Assembly (NCBI RefSeq): GCF_001194135.2
Contig: NC_068986.1
Location: 73,406,279-73,456,256, forward strand
Reading direction: 5' to 3'
From: Octopus bimaculoides
Lineage: Eukaryota
DNA: 49,978 nucleotides
Made by a program: the position numbers and the translations under genes. Numbering within the stretch: position 1 is the first letter of the stretch; each line of letters starts with the position of its first letter. Below, piece by piece: positions 47,062 through 49,978 of the stretch. Under the pieces are notes generated by a model. It did not search any database. It saw only the letters and a program-made list of their open reading frames with translations, and was not told the origin of the DNA.

Positions 47062-47560
47062 GTCATCATCATCCTCTTCATTAAACATGCATTTTCCATG
47101 ATGACATGGGTTGGCCAGCTGGAGTGCTACCTGGGCTCCAATCATCTGTCTTGGCATGGTTTCTATGACTGGATGCCCTTCCTAATGCCAACCACTTTAC
47201 AGAGTGGTACCAGCATGGATGCTTTTATATGGCACTGGCATTGGCACCATGGGGGCTTTACGTGGTACCTGTATGGCTGCTTTTATGTGGCACTGGCACA
47301 GGGAGTTTTATGTGACACTGGCTTGGACACTTTTACATAGCACCACAAGTGCTTTTGCACAGTGCCAGCATGGGTGCTTTTATGTGGCACTGGCATGGGG
47401 CTTTTATGTGGTACCTGCATGGGTGATTTTATGTGGTACTGACACAGAGAGTTTTATGTAACTCCAGCTTGGGCACTTTTACATGGCACCACAGGCGCTT
47501 TTACACTGCACCAGCATGGGTGCTTTTATGTGGGCTCTTTTATGTGATACTGACACCTAC
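47062..47560 (-). mobile_element. RTE 3' UTR copy with an expanded ~24-bp internal repeat
   Basis: (CAT)n..ctggatgcccttcctaatgccaacc then ~14 gcttttatgtggcac-like units. Confidence 0.8.
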
Positions 47561-47930
47561 AAGCCTGCATGACTAGGATCTCTCAACTGAGAGAGGGGTT
47601 TATATATAAAACTCCAATAACTCACACAAATCACTTTCCACCCAAGGGATTTCTCTCCTTGAGCCAAAGGTAGTTTGTATGATGTGTATATATGAAGTTG
47701 CAGTGTAGTGATATGTGGATACTGAATGTAGATGTACAAAAGCTAGAGAGAAATGAAGCAAGCTCTACTGGATGTATAATGTTAGGGCATGTGAATGATG
47801 AGGCACAGATGGGCTGAGAGATGTAGGTAGCTAAAGAACCACTTGTAATGTATATGAGAGATAACTGCATTGGCATGGACATGTAAACTTGTTACAGCTC
47901 ATATAACGAAGCAACAATGATGAAAATAAT

Positions 47931-48540
47931 TATGCCCTGATGCAGTACCAGGCAATGGCTCTCATGGCTTCTGATCTTAACTGATTGGAAGTGTTATCAT
48001 GTACATTGTTTTGTCTTGGTATAAATGTTTGGGCTACAGCAAGTATTCTACTCAATACCATAGATTTGCTTGTCCATTGCTTGACCTTAACCAGTTGAGC
48101 ATGTCCCTTAGTTGCTGATGATATGTGCATCTCTGATCATGAACAGAAGTAGTGGGGGAGCATCATAGTCATGTANNNNNNNNNNCTCTGATCATGAACA
48201 GAAGTAGTGGGGGAGCATCATAGTCATGTATTGAAAGGAATTCTTTGGGGTTTGGATAATTCACCTCTGGAAACATGGGTGTTTCGTTCATCAAACTTAA
48301 ACAACCCTTATTCAGGGACCTTTTGAGCAGACTGAGCTACTCAACCTGAAGAAAATTCTAAGGTCATGTGCTGTTTATTTTGATATGAGATCACAATGTC
48401 GCACACATATGGTTGTGATGCATGTGCCTGCTGCACCCTTATCAGATGGGTAGTCATGGTGGGTATACTGGGCTTTGTATATTTTACTCCATTGTCACTT
48501 TGATGGCATGCACTGCTCTCTCACTCAATAACAATTATAA
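47931..48540 (+). mobile_element. Probable LINE 3' end with a (TAA)n tail (possibly Dong/R4-like)
   Basis: GC-richer ~600-bp block ending ctctctcactcaataacaattataataataa and preceded by a TAA-like context; recognised from memory as an octopus repeat, no ORF seen. Confidence 0.45.
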
Positions 48541-48549
48541 TAATAATTG

Positions 48550-49050
48550 TTCTAATTTTGGCACAAGACCAGCAATTTTGAGGGGAGGGGGAAAGTTGAT
48601 TACCTCAACTGCAGTATTTAACTGGTACTTTATGATGAAAGTTGACCTTGCTTGGATTTGAAATCAGAATGTAAAGACTGGAAGAATTATGGCAAAACAT
48701 TTTTCCAATGCTCTAATGATTCTGTCTGCTTGCTGCCTTCATAATAATAATAATAATAATAATAACAATAATAATGATAATAATAATAATAATAATAATA
48801 ATAATGTTTTCAAATTTTGGCACAAGGCCATAATAATAATGATGATGATAATGATTTCTTAAAAAATTTCTGACCTTGGCTCAAAGCCATAAATTTGTGG
48901 TGAGGGAATAGTCTCAATTATATTGACCTCAGGAAGATGAAAGGCAAACTTGACCTTGGTTTGGTTTGAACTCAGAATGTAAAGAGCCATAACCAATTAC
49001 TGCAGGCATTTAATCAATTACACAAATGAGTTTGCCAATCTACCACCCTG
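48550..49050 (-). mobile_element. Two diverged SINE B copies separated by (TAA)n
   Basis: ttttggcacaagacc..aagttgacctt..tttgaaatcagaa (48550-48740) and gaaaggcaaacttgacctt..tttgaactcagaa (48870-49050). Confidence 0.7.
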
Positions 49051-49519
49051 ACAATAACAGCCACACCAGTTCATCATTTTCTCCTTCCTTACTTTAATAC
49101 TATATCTTTTTAATCCAAGTCATTTTTCATCAGCCTCTTATTGTTCTCTCTCCCCTTCTTTCAAATGGTCAAGTGGTGTTTGATCATTATACTTTTCTGG
49201 AAACACTCCAGTAATTTTTTTTCCTTTCAGAACTAATTCCACAATGTCTCTGTTACAAATTAGCAGCATAGCAATGAACTTTAATATTTTAGAATGAGTC
49301 TGTTACAGATTAGCAACATAATCCCTATTTTTGAATGTTTTTTTTTACAAAGTAGCTGCATGGACCTTTTATATTTTTTTTTATTCATTTCCCTCACAAA
49401 TAATTCCCAACATCTCATTATTGTATTTGGTTTGCAAGATTCAGATGTGAACTTGTGTTGAAGCTGATTTTGTTGTATACTGGGAGAGTCATTAAAATGT
49501 AAAGGATAAAGGCCTCCTT

Positions 49520-49842
49520 TCATCATGAATGACATTGGGATTGCACCTAGAAAGTTACTCTCTGAAGCACAAGTCTGGGCAAGATTCTTTTATGGAAGAC
49601 CAGCAGTCGCCCATGCATACCAATCTCCCCTCTTCATGCCAACAATGATATCCAAGGGAAACGCAAAGGCTGATACATGTTGGCACCAGTGATGTTACAA
49701 CTCATTTCTACAGCTGAGTGAACTGGAGCAACATGAAATAAAGTGTCTTGCTCAAGAACACAACACACAACCCAGTCCGGGAATTGAACTCAGTACCTCA
49801 TGATTGCAAGCCCGACACTCTAACCACTGAGCCATGCACCTT
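49520..49842 (-). mobile_element. tRNA-headed SINE family E
   Basis: Colinear with 34368-34710. Confidence 0.85.
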
Positions 49843-49978
49843 CATAAGGAGGGTCATGTGCTAATAATACATTTCTTTTATTAGCCACACAGGGCTCAAC
49901 GAAGATGGGACAAATACAATGTAGAGCTTTTCTTTTTGGGAGGGGGAAGGAAGGAAAAAAAAAAAAAAAAAAAAAAAA

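Noticed and set aside
48110-48150. CTGATGA in the TAA-tailed element
   Set aside because: No GAAA or stem II partner
48131-48231. Exact 45-bp direct repeat flanking an 11-N gap
   Set aside because: Typical unmerged contig overlap (assembly artefact)

Overview
AT-rich, repeat-saturated eukaryotic DNA with six N-gaps. The repeat set (several tRNA-headed SINE families, RTE-type LINE ends with (GAT)n tails, long (TA)n/(CA)n tracts) matches my recollection of an Octopus genome; this is inferred, not database-verified. I found no host protein-coding exon. Almost all ORF-track entries are microsatellite, gap or SINE read-throughs. The only protein-like sequences are LINE fossils (several RTE-type, one CR1/L2-like) and a mariner transposase C-terminus. 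There are several non-autonomous DNA elements: mariner, piggyBac-like TTAA, hAT with an 8-bp TSD, and a Helentron/DINE-1-like element. The most notable signal is a set of hammerhead-ribozyme (HHR) motifs between about 21 and 39 kb. One is a minimal type I HHR with an intact core inside a ~680-bp foldback typical of Penelope-like elements (29682-29729). Two more are decayed HHRs in other foldbacks (21.2 kb, 39.25 kb). At 30530-30608 all invariant hammerhead core nucleotides occur in exact helical register but in a non-circularly permuted order, inside a long hairpin that suggests trans or dimer assembly.
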